From Leucoraja erinacea (taxonomy: Eukaryota), in contig NC_073387.1 of the NCBI RefSeq assembly GCF_028641065.1, positions 35,836,001 through 35,900,000 on the forward strand: 64,000 bases of DNA, written 5' to 3'. The position numbers and the translations under genes were made by a program. Below the pieces are notes generated by a model that had not been told where the DNA came from, did not search any database, and saw nothing but the letters and a program-made list of their open reading frames with translations. Below, piece after piece: positions 12,617 through 24,754 of the stretch (the first letter of the stretch is position 1; each line of letters opens with the position of its first letter).

Positions 12617-12695
12617 ATGGAGTCTGGCAAATTATCCTCCTCGTTTTCATCTTCCAATGGAACTCTTTCTTCCGATACTTCATCATTTGAATGAA
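12617..12695 (-). CDS. TRIM exon 6 (79 nt, phase 1 to 2; acidic linker VHSNDEVSEERVPLEDENEEDNLPDSM)
   Basis: ttttttacaaacatttag acceptor and GTGAGT donor. Open in the phase required by exon 5. Confidence 0.7.
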
Positions 12696-13152
12696 CTAAA
12701 TGTTTGTAAAAAATTCATTTACAGAACAAGGTTACCAATTTATACTATGTGTTCTTATAGATTTGAGGATTAATTTAATTTATGGTAATAAATCCCGAAG
12801 AAATAAAATCATTTAAATAACCATATCAGATGAGACATGCGTGTAGCCTTTATAGAATATTGATTTATTTCATGTGTTATACGATATCTAAGAAAAAACA
12901 ACACTAATGCTTTCTGCTTATTGTTATCAATTCCTGAACCAGTCACTGATTGTACCTCAGGTCCGGCTTCTCAATTATAGCTATTACATTAATAGACTTT
13001 GTACTGAAATTCCAACTAGCTATTACATTTTTGCACTGTAATAACCACATACATTATTAAGTTGATTACATTTTTGTTTACCATACAATCCATTACACTC
13101 TTTATGTTTTCTGCTCTTTTCATAAAGCAGACTAACGATACTTAGAGAGGGG

Positions 13153-13497
13153 ACAAAAACTGCTGGAGACACTCAGCGGGTGAGGTAGCATCTATGGAGA
13201 AAAGGAGTATGTGACGTTTCGGGTCGAAGGTGATGTCATAGGGGGGGGGGGGGGGGGAAGAAAGGAAGAGGTAGAGACAGTAGGCTATGTGGGAGAGCTG
13301 GGAATGGGAGGGGAAGGAGGGAGAAAGCAAGGACTACCTGAAATTAGAGGTCAATGTTCATACCGTTGGGGTGTAAACTACCCAAGTAAAATATGAGGTT
13401 TTGTTCTTCCAATTTGCGCTGGGCCTCTGGCAATGGAGGAGGCCCAGGACTGAAAGGTCAGATTCAGTTCTGCAGTTCCATCTGCAGCTCCTTCTTA
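13153..13497 (-). mobile_element. Penelope 3' fragment with approximate TSD
   Basis: GIY-YIG C-terminal remnant plus pseudo-LTR. Flanked by aacgatactt(a/g)gagaggg direct repeats. Confidence 0.75.
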
Positions 13498-13619
13498 AAC
13501 GATACTTGGAGAGGGAGTCTGTCTTCTAAGGAACCCATTTAAAAATAAACAGCTCACAAAGCTGCTTAATATCACCTGACATTTCTGCCTTAAATAGCAA
13601 GTACGGCGTACAGAATATA

Positions 13620-13880
13620 TTGATCATCCCCCACCCAAGTCACACTAGCTTCTCGTTTTCACCTAACAAACAGCTAACAATGGCCTGTTTCCTTTATCAT
13701 CATTGCTTTTTTGCATATCTTTCATTTATTGTTCTTTATCTCGCTACATCATTGCCTATATCTCTCGTTTCCCTTATACCTAACCAGTCTGAAGAAGTGT
13801 CTTGATCCGAAACGTCACCCATTTCTTCTCTCCAGAGATGCTGCCTGTCCCACTGTGTTACTCCAGCTTTTTGTGTCTAT
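13620..13880 (+). mobile_element. Penelope pseudo-LTR fragment with hammerhead-like motif
   Basis: ccagtCTGAAGAagtgtcttgatccGAAACGTCacc at about 13785-13820, followed by the gatgctgcctgtcc...ttactccagc tail. Confidence 0.7.
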
Positions 13881-14044
13881 ATTCAGAGAGATCATGGTCC
13901 TGGCCCCATCTTCAACCACAACAAAATACATTTTCTGCTGGTGAAGTATGTGCTTTTTACTGCAGCCAGATTTTCTGGATATATTGTAATCTAGCCAGCA
14001 GGTGTAAAACCATTCACATGATGTTGTCCACAAAAATGTGGACA

Positions 14045-14222
14045 ACATAGAGACATAGAAAAAAGGAGCAGGAGTAGGCCATTTGGCATCTCGAGCCAGC
14101 ACCACCATTCAATACGAACATGGCTGATCATCCAAAATCCGTACCCCATTCCTGCTTTCTCCCCTTATCCCTTGATTCCGTTAGTTCTAAGAGCTATATC
14201 TAACTCTCTCTTGAATACATTC
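14045..14222 (-). mobile_element. CR1 3' UTR fragment in inverted orientation
   Basis: catagagacatagaaa...ggagtaggccatt is the reverse complement of the CR1 tail at 16370-16410. Confidence 0.75.
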
Positions 14223-14239
14223 CAATTTTCTCTCTGTAG

Positions 14240-16410
14240 TCATATGGTGGAGAAATGGAGCAGGGGGACACACTATCAGAATCATTTGGTGAACATGAGA
14301 GAGGAGCTGGCCAAGGTCGACAGGAAAAGGATCCTAGCAGGAATGTTGGTGGAACAGCAATGGCAAGAATTTCTGGGCATAATCTAGAAGATGCAGGATC
14401 ATTTCATTCCAACGAAGAAGAAAGACTTTAAGGTAAGTGAGAGGCAACTGTGGCTGACAAGGGAAGTTAGGGATGGAATAAAACTAAAAGAAAAGGTGTA
14501 TAACATAGCAAAGAGTAGCGGGAAGCCAGAGGATTGGAAAACGTTTCAAAGGACAACAGACGGTAACAAAAAGGGCAATACGGGGTGAAAAGATGAAGTA
14601 CGAAGGGAAGCTGGCCAAGAATATAAAGAATGAGAGTAAAAGCTTCTTTAGGTATGTTAAGAGAAAAAGATTAGTAAAGACAAAGTGGGTCTCATGAAGG
14701 CAGAAACAGGTGAAATTATTATGGGGAAAAAGGAAATGACAGATGAGTTGAACTGGTACTTTGGTTCTGTCTTCACCAAGGAAGACACAATCTCCCAGAT
14801 GTACTAGAGGAGAGTGGATCTAGGGAGACAGAGGAACTGAAAGAAATTTGCATTAGGCGAGAAATTGTGTAGACTGATGGGACTGAAGGCTGATAAATCC
14901 CCAGGGCCTGATGGTCCGCTTCGCAGGGTACTCAAGGAGGTGGCTAGAAATTGTGGATGGATTGGTGATCATTTTCCAATGTTTTATAGATTCAGGATCA
15001 GTTCCTGTGGATTGGAGGGTAGCTAATGTAATCCCACTTTTCAAGAAAGGAGCGGGAGAGAAAATGGGGAATTATAGACCAGTTAACGTGACATTGGTGG
15101 TGGGGAAGATGCTGCAGTCAATTATTAAAGAAGTAATAACGGCGCATTTGGATAGCAATAAAAGGGTTCGTCCAAGTCAGCATGGATATATGAAGAAAAA
15201 ATCCTGCTTGACTAAACTTCTGGAATTTTTTGAGGATATGACAAATAAAATGGATGACGGAGAGCCAGCGGAAGTAGTGTATACGGACTTTCGAAAAACC
15301 TTTGATAAGATCGCACACAGGAGATCAGTGGGTAAAATTAGAGCACATGGTATTGGAGGGTAGGGTATTGACATGGATAGAGAATTGGTTGGCAGACAGA
15401 AAACAAAGATTAGGAATAAATGGGTCCCTGTCAGAATGGCAGGTCGTGGTGAGCGGAGTGCCGCAAGGCTTGGTGCTGAGGCAGCAACTATTTACAATAT
15501 ATATTAATGATTTAGATGATGGGACTAAAAGTAACACTAGCAAATTTGCAATGACACAAAACTGGGTGGCAGTGTGAACTGTGACGAGGATGCTCGGAGT
15601 TTGCAGGTTGACTTGGACACGTTGAGTGTGTGGGCAGATGCATGGCAGATGCAATATAATGTAGATATATGCGAGGTTATCCACTTTGGTGGCAAGAACA
15701 ACGAGGCAGATTATTATCTCAATGGTGTCAGATTAGGAAAAAGGGAAGTGCAACGACACCTGGGTGTCCTTGTACACCAGTCACTGAAAGTAAACATGCA
15801 GGTACAGGAGCCAGTGAAGAAAGCTGGCCTTCATAACGATAGAATTTTAGTATAGGAGTAAAGAGGTCCTTCTGCAGTTGTACATGGCCCTGGTGAGACC
15901 ACATCTGGAGTATTGTGTGTGGTTTTGGTCTCCTAATTTGAGGAAGGACATTCTTGCTATTGAGGCAGTAGGTTCATGAGGTTAATCCCCGGGATGGCAT
16001 GACTATCATATGAGGAAAGATGGGAAAGACTGGGCTTGTATTCACTGGAATTTAGGATGAGAGGTTATCTTATAGAAACGTATAAAATTATAAAAAGGAC
16101 TAGACAATGTAATGCAGGAAAAATGTTCCCAATGTGGAGTCCAGAACCAGGGGCCACAGTCTAAGAATAAAGGGGAGGTCATTTCAAACTGAGATGAGAA
16201 AAAACATTTTCACCCAGAGTTGTGAATTTGTGGAATTCTCTGCTACAGTAGGCAGTAGAGGCCAATTCACTGGATTAATTTAAAAGAGTTAGATAGAGAT
16301 CTAGGGGCTAGCGGAATCAAGGGGTATGGGTAAAAGCCAGGCGCGGGTTACTGATAGTGGATGATCAGCCAATTGGCCTCCTCCTGCACCTATTCTCTAT
16401 GTTTCTATGT
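14240..16410 (+). mobile_element. CR1 LINE (HER1-like), 5' truncated, RT region with frameshifts
   Basis: ORF fragments DWRVANVIPLFKKG, NYRPV, SQHG.MKKKSCLT.LLEFFE, SGVPQG, FTIYINDLDD. Ends in a (tttctatg)n tail. Confidence 0.92.
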
Positions 16411-16544
16411 AACTGGCTCGATGTCACAGCCATATGCATTTTTTTTGAGGTTCCTACTCTAAGTTGCACTGGTGGGTGTTGGAGCTGCAGCCCCAGTCCC
16501 AAAACTCCTGGTGAGGGATATCTTCAGGTGCATACTCTAGGCAG

Positions 16545-16705
16545 CTAAAGGTTTTCTTTGGGAAGGAGTCCTCACCACCCAGTGATGACCCCTTTTCAAC
16601 CAGACCCCCACCTCTTGGACCCCCGGATGGCCCTCTCCCTTCTTTAGACCTTTTTATTACCAACTGCCAACGGGATATCAACCGCCTCAACTTTTCCACT
16701 TCCCT
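16545..16705 (+). mobile_element. Penelope ORF N-terminal fragment
   Basis: Translates FFGKESSPPSDDPF...LPSLDLFITNCQRDINRLNFS, resembling the N-terminal region of chondrichthyan PLE ORFs (recalled, not searched). Confidence 0.55.
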
Positions 16706-17528
16706 TAAATCATTAATTTTATGTCATCTTAAATTTATCCCACGCTGTCAGGATAAAAATGACATATAAAACAATATCTCATAGAAAATGTTTGAATAAA
16801 ACCATCATTCAAATAATTTTGAGGATTGAAGGACTGCTGTCAGTCTTCCCTTCTCTTTCATAGTGAAGGATTCTTACATTCTGAAACATATTTATTGCTC
16901 TGTATCACATGATGTAACATTTTTCCAGTTTCTTTATTGAGCTCCTATTCCCCATTCTCTCCAATATCATTCCAGTCACAATAAAACATATGATTGAATT
17001 TATCGTTAAAATACACTTCATAAATATAATCAGATACCTCCTTGGTCACAATTACTTATCCTTTATTGGCTAATTTTGATATCTTGCCACCAAGAATTTT
17101 TCTTTCATTCTCGCCATTAGTGTCTCTTGCCTGTTATGAATACCAGCTCTATCTTTCAATTCATCATCCTCAATTGCTGTGGAATTACTTCACTGTCTTG
17201 GCAGTAACTTACTCCTCATTTCTTCACCTGACTTTATCAATACTATCTTATGAAAAATGTTACAATTTATTCTCTAGATAAACCATTTCTTGATTTAAAT
17301 ATACAAGAGCGTGTATTCCTTGGATTGTTTTCTCTATATGCCTATTTCCTATTTTATTGCTTAGTAATTTATTTGGTTATTGCCTACTAAATATCAAATA
17401 ATGTAACTTCAGTGAGACAAAATTGCAAAAAAAATTATAATTTCTCTGTGGTGACCCTTGTACTCATGATATACTAATTAATTATCCTTTTTTTAATGTT
17501 TTTCCAATTTACTTTGAGAATCAGTGAA

Positions 17529-18332
17529 CAACCACCAGATGGCGCCAGCAATGGCCGCCTCGCCAACAGGTTGCCTCATCCCTTCCTTCTTTGTTTGTTT
17601 GTAGTATATGTTAAATGGATGTTTTTGTTTTCTTTAGCTTGTTTTATGTGCGGGGAGGGGGAAGGGGGGGTTGGAAGAAACTCTCTTTTAATCTCTTACC
17701 TCGACGGAGATGCGATTTTCTTTCCGTATCATATCTCCTTCCCACTGCAGCCTAACATCGAGGAGCTAGTGGCCTCTGCTGGAGACTGACTTCATGAGTT
17801 CCAACCACAGGAGCCTGCAGACTTAACATCGTGGAGCTGTCGATCTCTGTCGGGGATCGACCTCGGAGCTCCAACTGCGGGAGCCTGTGGACTAACATCG
17901 TGGAGCTCGCGGTCCCTGGTTTGAGACCAATTTGGGGATCACAAAGCTGCAGGAGCTTCGACCGCCCCGATCGCGGGAGCTTCGACCGCCCCGACACAGG
18001 GGCTATGATTGCCCCGGTGCGAGAGCTTCGATCGCCATGATGCGGGGGCTTCGATCATCGCCTGCAGGGCCTTCGATCGCCCCAACTGCAGATGGCTCGA
18101 CTGCCCCGACCATGGGAGAATAAAGAGGAAGAAGGTTAGACTTTATTGCCTTCCATCACAGTGAGGAATGTGGGGAATCCACAGTGGTGGATGTTTATGT
18201 TGACTTTTATGTAGTTGTGTGTCTTGATGCTTTTTTTTTAGTATGGCTGTATGGTAATTCGGATTTCACTGTACCTTAATTGATACACAAGACAATAAAC
18301 TGACCTTTGAACCTTTCAACCTTTGAACCTTT
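17529..18332 (+). mobile_element. Non-autonomous CpG-rich retroposon with internal short repeats and (gaaccttt)n tail
   Basis: Repeated aacatcg(t/a)ggagct and gcttcga(c/t)cgcccc units. 3' tttcactgtaccttaattgatacacaagacaataaa tail followed by a microsatellite. Confidence 0.6.
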
Positions 18333-18461
18333 GCAATACATGGGACATTATAAACCATAGTTCTGAATTGTACTGTATTTCTCACATAATTAATACATAT
18401 TTTATTACATATCAAATAGGTGCTGCCTTAATAGGTTTCACAACCAGTGTTAAGTACGTAC

Positions 18462-18598
18462 CAGGGTGATCAAAAATTAGTGTGTTTAACATCTCAAAAA
18501 TCCGTTTAGTTTCTTGTTTAATGGTCGATATTGTAGACTCATCAAGCTTCTTCCAGGAAACCCTGAGTGTTTCTACTTCAGTATTGTTGTTGGAAATC
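18462..18598 (-). CDS. TRIM exon 5 (137 nt, phase 2 to 1; ISNNNTEVETLRVSWKKLDESTISTIKQETKRIFEMLNTLIFDHP)
   Basis: actatttcag acceptor and CTG|GTACGT donor. Open in the phase set by the 23-nt exon. Position fits the TRIM L2 linker exon. Confidence 0.8.
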
Positions 18599-18724
18599 CT
18601 GAAATAGTTTTACAGCCATTAGGTTGAAAACAAGAGTTTCTTCTAAAATCCTTTATACCTCAAACTGTTTGGTACAATTTGTTTTATTATAGTCAACCTG
18701 TCCTTGAGAATTAAAGGATGTTCT

Positions 18725-18975
18725 TTTAGGAAGGAGATGAGGAGAAATTTATTTAGTCAGTGAGTGGTGCATCTGTGGAATGATTTGCCACAGAAGGCTG
18801 TGGAGGCCATGTCAGTGGATATTTTTAAGGTTGAGATAGATAGATTTTTGATTAGTACAGGTGTCAGAGGTTAAAGGAAGAAGACAGGAGAATGGGGTTA
18901 GAAGGGAGAGAGATCAGCCATGATTGAATGGCCTAATTGATGGACCAAATGGCCTAATTCTACCCCTATCAATTA
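18725..18975 (+). mobile_element. CR1 3' end fragment
   Basis: gagatgaggagaaatttatttagtcag...ggccatgtcagtggatatttttaagg CR1 tail. Confidence 0.75.
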
Positions 18976-19996
18976 TCACACGACCTGTTAGATAAATTTC
19001 AAATATATTGTCCTTTTGTGGAAACTTCTTATAAAGGTTTTTTTTTCCTATATGTTCACATAGTCCTCTGATTAATGTAGATCAATGTTGAAATGATGCA
19101 TTGCACCATCTATACATAAATATTATGGGAAATCTTGCCTGTTGTTCCTTCCCATGTCTTTCCTCACACAAAAAGAGCATAGGAATGGTGAAATAACCTA
19201 CAAATACAAAGACGATAGAAAATTTAAAAAAATCTCTTTTGATGTAAAAAAAAGACATAAAGTGCGAAAGTATGTTAAAAAAAAGACATTGTGTGAAAGT
19301 AACCCAGCACTCGGGCAGCATGTCTGGAGAACATGGATAGTGGGGTCTTGCCCCATCTCTCTTCCAGCTTCCTCCAACCCACCATAATCAGTCTGAAGAA
19401 TGGTCCTGACCCGAAACATCACATACCCATGTGCTCCAGTGGTGTTGCCCGACCCGTTGAGTTACTCCAGCACTTTGTATCTTTTATTTGTAAACCAGCA
19501 TCTGCAGTCCTTTGATGCAATTATTTAAACCTATTAAGACGTTCAGTATTTTCATACAATGATAAATTCAGGTTCAAATCGGACTTTCCAGATACCTATT
19601 ATGGATATTCTATTGAACTTTTATGCTTTGCATCCTTTCTTGCCTTAAAAAAAATCAAATATGAAGTCAAAATTGTACAGATAGTTTTATATTGTGTCAT
19701 TGTTGTAATAGTTCAGGACTTGAAATTAGCGGTTGCCCGGGTGCCAATGGTAATCTACAGTCCTGCCGGGCAACCTAAAAGCCATGCCATTTTGCCCGGC
19801 TTGGAAAGCACCCGGGACACCTATCATTTAATTCTGAGTGGGCCCCCTATCTATCTCTCTCTCTCTGTCACTCTCGGTCTCCGCCCGCCATCCGTGTCCG
19901 GCTCTCCGGTCTCTGTTCGGCTCTCAGTTCTCTGCTCGGCTTTCGACTCTCGGCTCTCTGGTCTCGGGTCTCCGCTCGGCATGGCACGCCGCCTTA

Positions 19997-20190
19997 CACA
20001 TGCGCACTGTCACGGCCTGCACATCCTCCCCCTGCACATGCGCACTGTCACGGCCTGCACATCCTCCCCCTGCACATGCGCACTGTCACGGCCTGCACAT
20101 CCTCCCCCTTCACATGTGCACAACCACGGCCAGCACAATCATCGGCTGTGGTTGTGCGCATGTGCCACCCTGCACATGTGCACTGCCATG
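19997..20190. repeat. Tandem repeat, about 38-bp unit acatgcgcactgtcacggcctgcacatcctccccctgc, 3 copies plus degenerate ones
   Basis: Read directly from the sequence. Confidence 0.9.
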
Positions 20191-21117
20191 GCAACTGGTT
20201 GGCGTTGGCCACTTTCTCCCTCCCTTTGCATTGTGGGAGGTCTGGCCGCCATTGCTGTCCTCACTGCGACGCTGAAAACCAACGCAGAATCACTCGCTGG
20301 AGCTGGAGTAACTCCCTGGAGTAACTCTTGCTTCTTGGTTTCCTGGCCCTCCAAAAATATTCCAAATGGAATTGAAACTAATGGACCCACCACCACCAAA
20401 CTCCAAACTCTGAAAAATAACAGCCTATTGCATTTTATCTGTTTATTTAATGTGTATATATATATATTGTCTATGGTATATAGACACACTGAACTTTTAT
20501 CTCCTGTTCTGTATTATGTTTACATATTTTGCTGTGCTGCAGCAAGCAAGAATTTCATTGTCCTATCTGGGCCACATGACAATAAAACTCTCTTGACTCT
20601 TGACTTGAACTTAAGCAAAAAAGGGTTTGTGGGAAAAAACAGCCACCTTAAATTTAGTTGCATCTGGTTGGGTGCCTATGGTAGGGTGAAGACTATTCCA
20701 TGCTTTAATTGTGCAGGGGGATCTCCATGCAGCAGCCAGCATCTCTGGATGGAAGAAATTGGGTGACGTTTCGGGTAGAGACCCTTCTTTAGATTTCCTC
20801 TGGTTTTAATGTTTTTAGTTTAATTTAAAGATACACCATGGAAACAGGCCCTTCGGCCCACCGAGTCCATGCCGACCACTGACCACCCATACACTAGTTC
20901 TATCCCACACATTAGCGACGCAAGTTAAGAGTCAAGAGTGTGTTATTCTCTCACGTCCCAATTTGAACAATGAAATCCTTATTTACAGCAGCACAACAGA
21001 ATATGTAAACATAGTACTCTGTAAACAATGTTATAAACGAGAAAACAAATCTCCATACAGACAGCTCCCATATTCAGGATCAATTCCGGGTCTCTGGCAA
21101 TTTTAGGCCGCAACTTT

Positions 21118-22056
21118 ATGGCCAGCGAAATACGAGGTGCAGTTCCTCCAATTTGCGGTGGGCCTCACTCTGGCCATGGAGGAGGCCCAGGACAGAAAGG
21201 TTGGATTCAGAATGGAGGGGGAGTTGAAGTGCTGAGCCACCAGGAGATCAGGTTGGTTATTGCACACCGAGTTGGGCAGCTGTTGGGCGAAGCGATCGCC
21301 AAGCCTCCGATTGGTCTCACCGATGTAGGGCAGCTGACGCCTAGAGCAGCGGATGCAATAGATGAGGTTGGAGGAGGTGCAGGTGAATCTCTGCCGCACC
21401 TGGAAATACTGCTTGGGTCCTTCAATGGAGTCAAGGGGGGAGGTAAAGCAACAAGTGTAGCATTTCCTGCAGTTGCAAGGGAAAGTGCCAGGAGAGGGGG
21501 TGGTTTGGGTTGGAAGGGACGAATTGACCAGGGAGTTATGGAGGAAGCGGTCTCTGCAGAAAGCCGACAGGGGTGGAGATGGGAAGATGTGGCCAATGGC
21601 GGGATCCCGTTGGTAGACAAAGCTGGAGAAAATCAGCGGGTGAGGCAGCATCTATGGAGCGAAGGAATAGGCGACGTTTCGGGTTGAGACCCTTCTTCAG
21701 ACTGATGTCGGGAGGGGTGGGGGGCAGGAAAAAGAAAGGAAGAGGCGGAGACAGTAGGCTGTGGGAGAGCTGGGAATGGGAGGGGAAGGAGGGAGAAAGC
21801 AAGGACTACCTGAAATTGGAGAAGCCAATGTTCATACTGCTGGGGTGTAAACTACCCAAGCAAAATATGAGGTGCTATTCCTCCAATTTGCGGTGGGCCT
21901 CACTCTGGCCATGGAGGAGGTCTAGGACAGAAAGGTCGGATTCGGAATGGGAGGGGGAGTTGAAGTGCTGAGCCACCGGGAGATCAGGTAGGTTATTGCG
22001 AACTGAGTGGAGGTGTTGTGCGAAGCGATCGCCAAGCCCGCACTTGATCTCACCGA
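21118..22056 (-). mobile_element. Two Penelope 3' segments in partial tandem (GIY-YIG region plus pseudo-LTR)
   Basis: ORF 21103-21651 contains NLIYCIRCSR..LPYIGET.RRLGDRF (GIY-YIG). A second copy of the same C-terminus lies at 21820-22056. Confidence 0.9.
21669..21705 (-). ncRNA. Minimal type I hammerhead ribozyme-like motif in PLE pseudo-LTR
   Basis: Minus strand tcagt-CTGAAGA-a-gggt(ctca)accc-GAAA-CG-TC-gcct. Confidence 0.6.
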
Positions 22057-22771
22057 GGTTGATCATACGCTGAATAATCCAACCAGATTTTTGTTTGGAA
22101 GTGGAAAGAGATATAATAGAAATTGCATTAATTGCAACGTGTAAAAAGAGTTCAGATACTGTATTATAATTTTGCTGCATGTTATTGTGGTATATATCAT
22201 GTCTTGATTGGTGAATATGTTTAGTTTGCGACTTTACTTGAAGCAGAAATAATATGTGAATGCTTCATTGACCATAATTCTGACTGGTAACTACGCACTT
22301 CGTCCGAGCACATTATCGCACGCGTCATGCAAGCCGTCTTAAATGACCACCTAAACTGTCATTTGGCAACCTAAAAAGCTGCCGAGGTTGCCCGGCTGGC
22401 AACAGGGTAAAAACGTTAAGTGAGAGCCCTGTAGTTCTATTTTGTATTTTTATTCACGAGGAGGGATTTTCAGATTGCTGAATACATTTTGAGACCACGC
22501 TTTATGCCATGCTGCACCTGACTTATATAACCTGAAGGGATCAGCCCAAACAATTTTTCTTCTGACTGATACAACATTGACACAATCCGTCACCCCCTGC
22601 TTGAAACTAGGAAAGGACTTTTTATGGTAGTCATGGATTGGGCGTAGATTGAAGGGAAGAGTGAGTTGTGCTCTCGTCATTATTGTGGAGACAAAGGTTA
22701 CTTGATACATGGGTTGCTTGGTCTTGATCGATAAACCAAGATGGTTAGAATGCAACAGGAAATTTATCATT

Positions 22772-22905
22772 GTGTAGGAAGGAACTGCAGATGCTGGTTT
22801 TAACTAAAGATAGACACAGAAAGCTGTAGTAAATCAGCGGGTCAGACAGCATCTTTGGAGAAATGGAACAGGTGATGTTTCGGGTCAAGACACTTCTTCA
22901 GTTTG
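22772..22905 (-). mobile_element. Penelope pseudo-LTR fragment
   Basis: gtaggaaggaactgcagatgctggttt...tttcgggtcaagacacttcttcag. Confidence 0.75.
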
Positions 22906-22970
22906 TCATTGTTCTACCGAACAGGCTAGGTTAAAATTCATCTTTTTGTTTGTGTTGTGCAAATTCCTAC

Positions 22971-22993
22971 CTTTCATAAGTAGACTTGAAATC
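22971..22993 (-). CDS. TRIM exon 4 (23 nt, phase 0 to 2; DFKSTYER)
   Basis: gtttatttattttccag acceptor and AAG|GTAGGA donor. A 23-nt micro-exon is characteristic of vertebrate TRIM genes. Confidence 0.88.
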
Positions 22994-23887
22994 CTGGAAA
23001 ATAAATAAACCATCTTTCACTTTATTATATAATATTGAAATTCAAGGAACTGTGTACTTCATAGAAAAGTCATGCTGTACTCTTCCATTTTGTTTAGAAA
23101 ATAACCATAAATAGCCCAGTCTGAAAATTAATGAAACTGCGTAATTGATGATTTCACAGCTGTATACAAGTTTGCTTTTCCATATCCTTTTCCCTTTCTG
23201 TAAGATTGTACAGAAGATCAATTGGTTTATCCAACATGATATATGTACACCGTCTCACCAACACCATCCTCCATGCAAACAAACTCTCCTTCTTCAAACA
23301 TAGCTGTGCACAATCTTAAAAAGCATAAATGTCCAAACTAACACATAGCATTGTCTTATTAGAAATATTACAAAGCTCTAATTAGGGATTTTGAACAAGT
23401 TTGTGCCATTTGTGCCACTTCAACACGATGATGCACAATTATTTATGTATTTTTACTCATGAAAGCAAATATGTTGCCATTTAGAAAAGTGGGGGGAAAA
23501 AAGGCAGGGTAAATTAGACAGTAGGGAATCAGCTGTATCAAATTTGGATTTTACCATTTTGGAGATTTCAGGAAAAGTAAAAGCAGGGAAGGCAGATTTA
23601 CTCAATGTTAGACTTCATAAAGGCATCAATACATTCAGCTGAACTCTGATTTATTTTATGGCATTCTTGTTTAATCAACCCATGTCAACCTCTTGAGAAT
23701 GTGGAAAGAATACAATGGGATTAGTGTAGGGATAATATAAATGGGTGGTTGATGGTCAGAGCAGGCTTAGTGGGCTGAAAGGCCCATTTTCATGCTATCT
23801 CTTCCTATGACTTTATAATCGTAAAACCAGCAACTTCATAGAGCATTTTTGACATGTTATAGATCGTTGATTAAAGTCCTCTTTTAC

Positions 23888-24121
23888 CTTAATAAAGAAC
23901 AGCGGGTCTTTCTGATTTTTCAGGTCTTGGACTTCCTGAATAAGATGAGTAATAACTTCTCTTTTAATTTCTAATTCTTGGATCTTCTTCAAGACTTTTG
24001 AAAGGTTTATGTTTTTCTCTGTTATAACTGTGTCCAAGATTTGCTTTTCTTGCTTGGTTAATAGCATTCTAATTTCTTGAAACAAGTCTGAAATTTGTTT
24101 CCTCAAAATAGCACTGTCTTT
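23888..24121 (-). CDS. TRIM exon 3 (234 nt, coiled coil; KDSAILRKQISDLFQEIR...QKDPLFFIK)
   Basis: T-rich acceptor ending ttttacag, donor AAG|GTAAAA. Heptad-rich helix. A 231/234-nt size is typical of TRIM coiled-coil exons. Confidence 0.92.
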
Positions 24122-24754
24122 CTGTAAAATTAAAAAAAAATTCAATTCACAAGTAGGAACAAAATAACAGGCACTGGAAGCTTTGCAATTTAAAGTAAGG
24201 TTTAATTACTTGGATTAATACCTGCATTGTAAAAACACAGGTCTAATGGTCATTAAACCTTATTATAAAAGAATAATCTTTATGCACTTTCTAAGTACAT
24301 TTACCAGAATTCTTCTATGTGCATAAAATACATTGAAATGAAAACACTCCAGTTATTTCAGACAAAGGTTCTCCAATTAGCATACACGAATAAAGGGACA
24401 TCAAATCAAAAAAAGACAATTTAGTCCCTTGAGATCCTTAATGTAACTTAATCTGATTTACCTGGAATTTAAATCAATTTAAATCAATACTTCTTCATCA
24501 CCTTCCTTGTAACAATTTCAATTGGCTGGATTTCAATGCTAACATATAGTTGGCATGCTAACTTGACACTGGAAATTATTCTAATTTGTAGATTAGCGAA
24601 AAGCCTCTGGGGAAAGGGGTTTGATGAGAATGTGAGGAGAATATAGTGGGGAATATAGTGGGATTAGTGTAGGATTGCAGTACATGGGTGCTTAGTGAAT
24701 ATCCATGCTGTATTACTCTCTGAATCAATGAACCTATAATAGATAAAGACATAC

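Larger units (their letters stand above)
19714..22431. mobile_element. Composite non-autonomous DNA transposon (CAGG...CCTG termini, 5-bp TSD TAGTT; hAT-like) with nested repeats
   Basis: TAGTT at 19709-19713 and 22432-22436. Short imperfect TIRs CAGG(A/G)CT. Subterminal ggttgcccgg/ggcaacc motifs at both ends. Confidence 0.65.

Noticed and set aside
19720-20766. 348-aa plus-strand ORF
   Set aside because: It runs through a transposon end, a minisatellite and LINE tails, has no domain signature, and starts at a non-ATG codon. It is a chance read-through of repeats.
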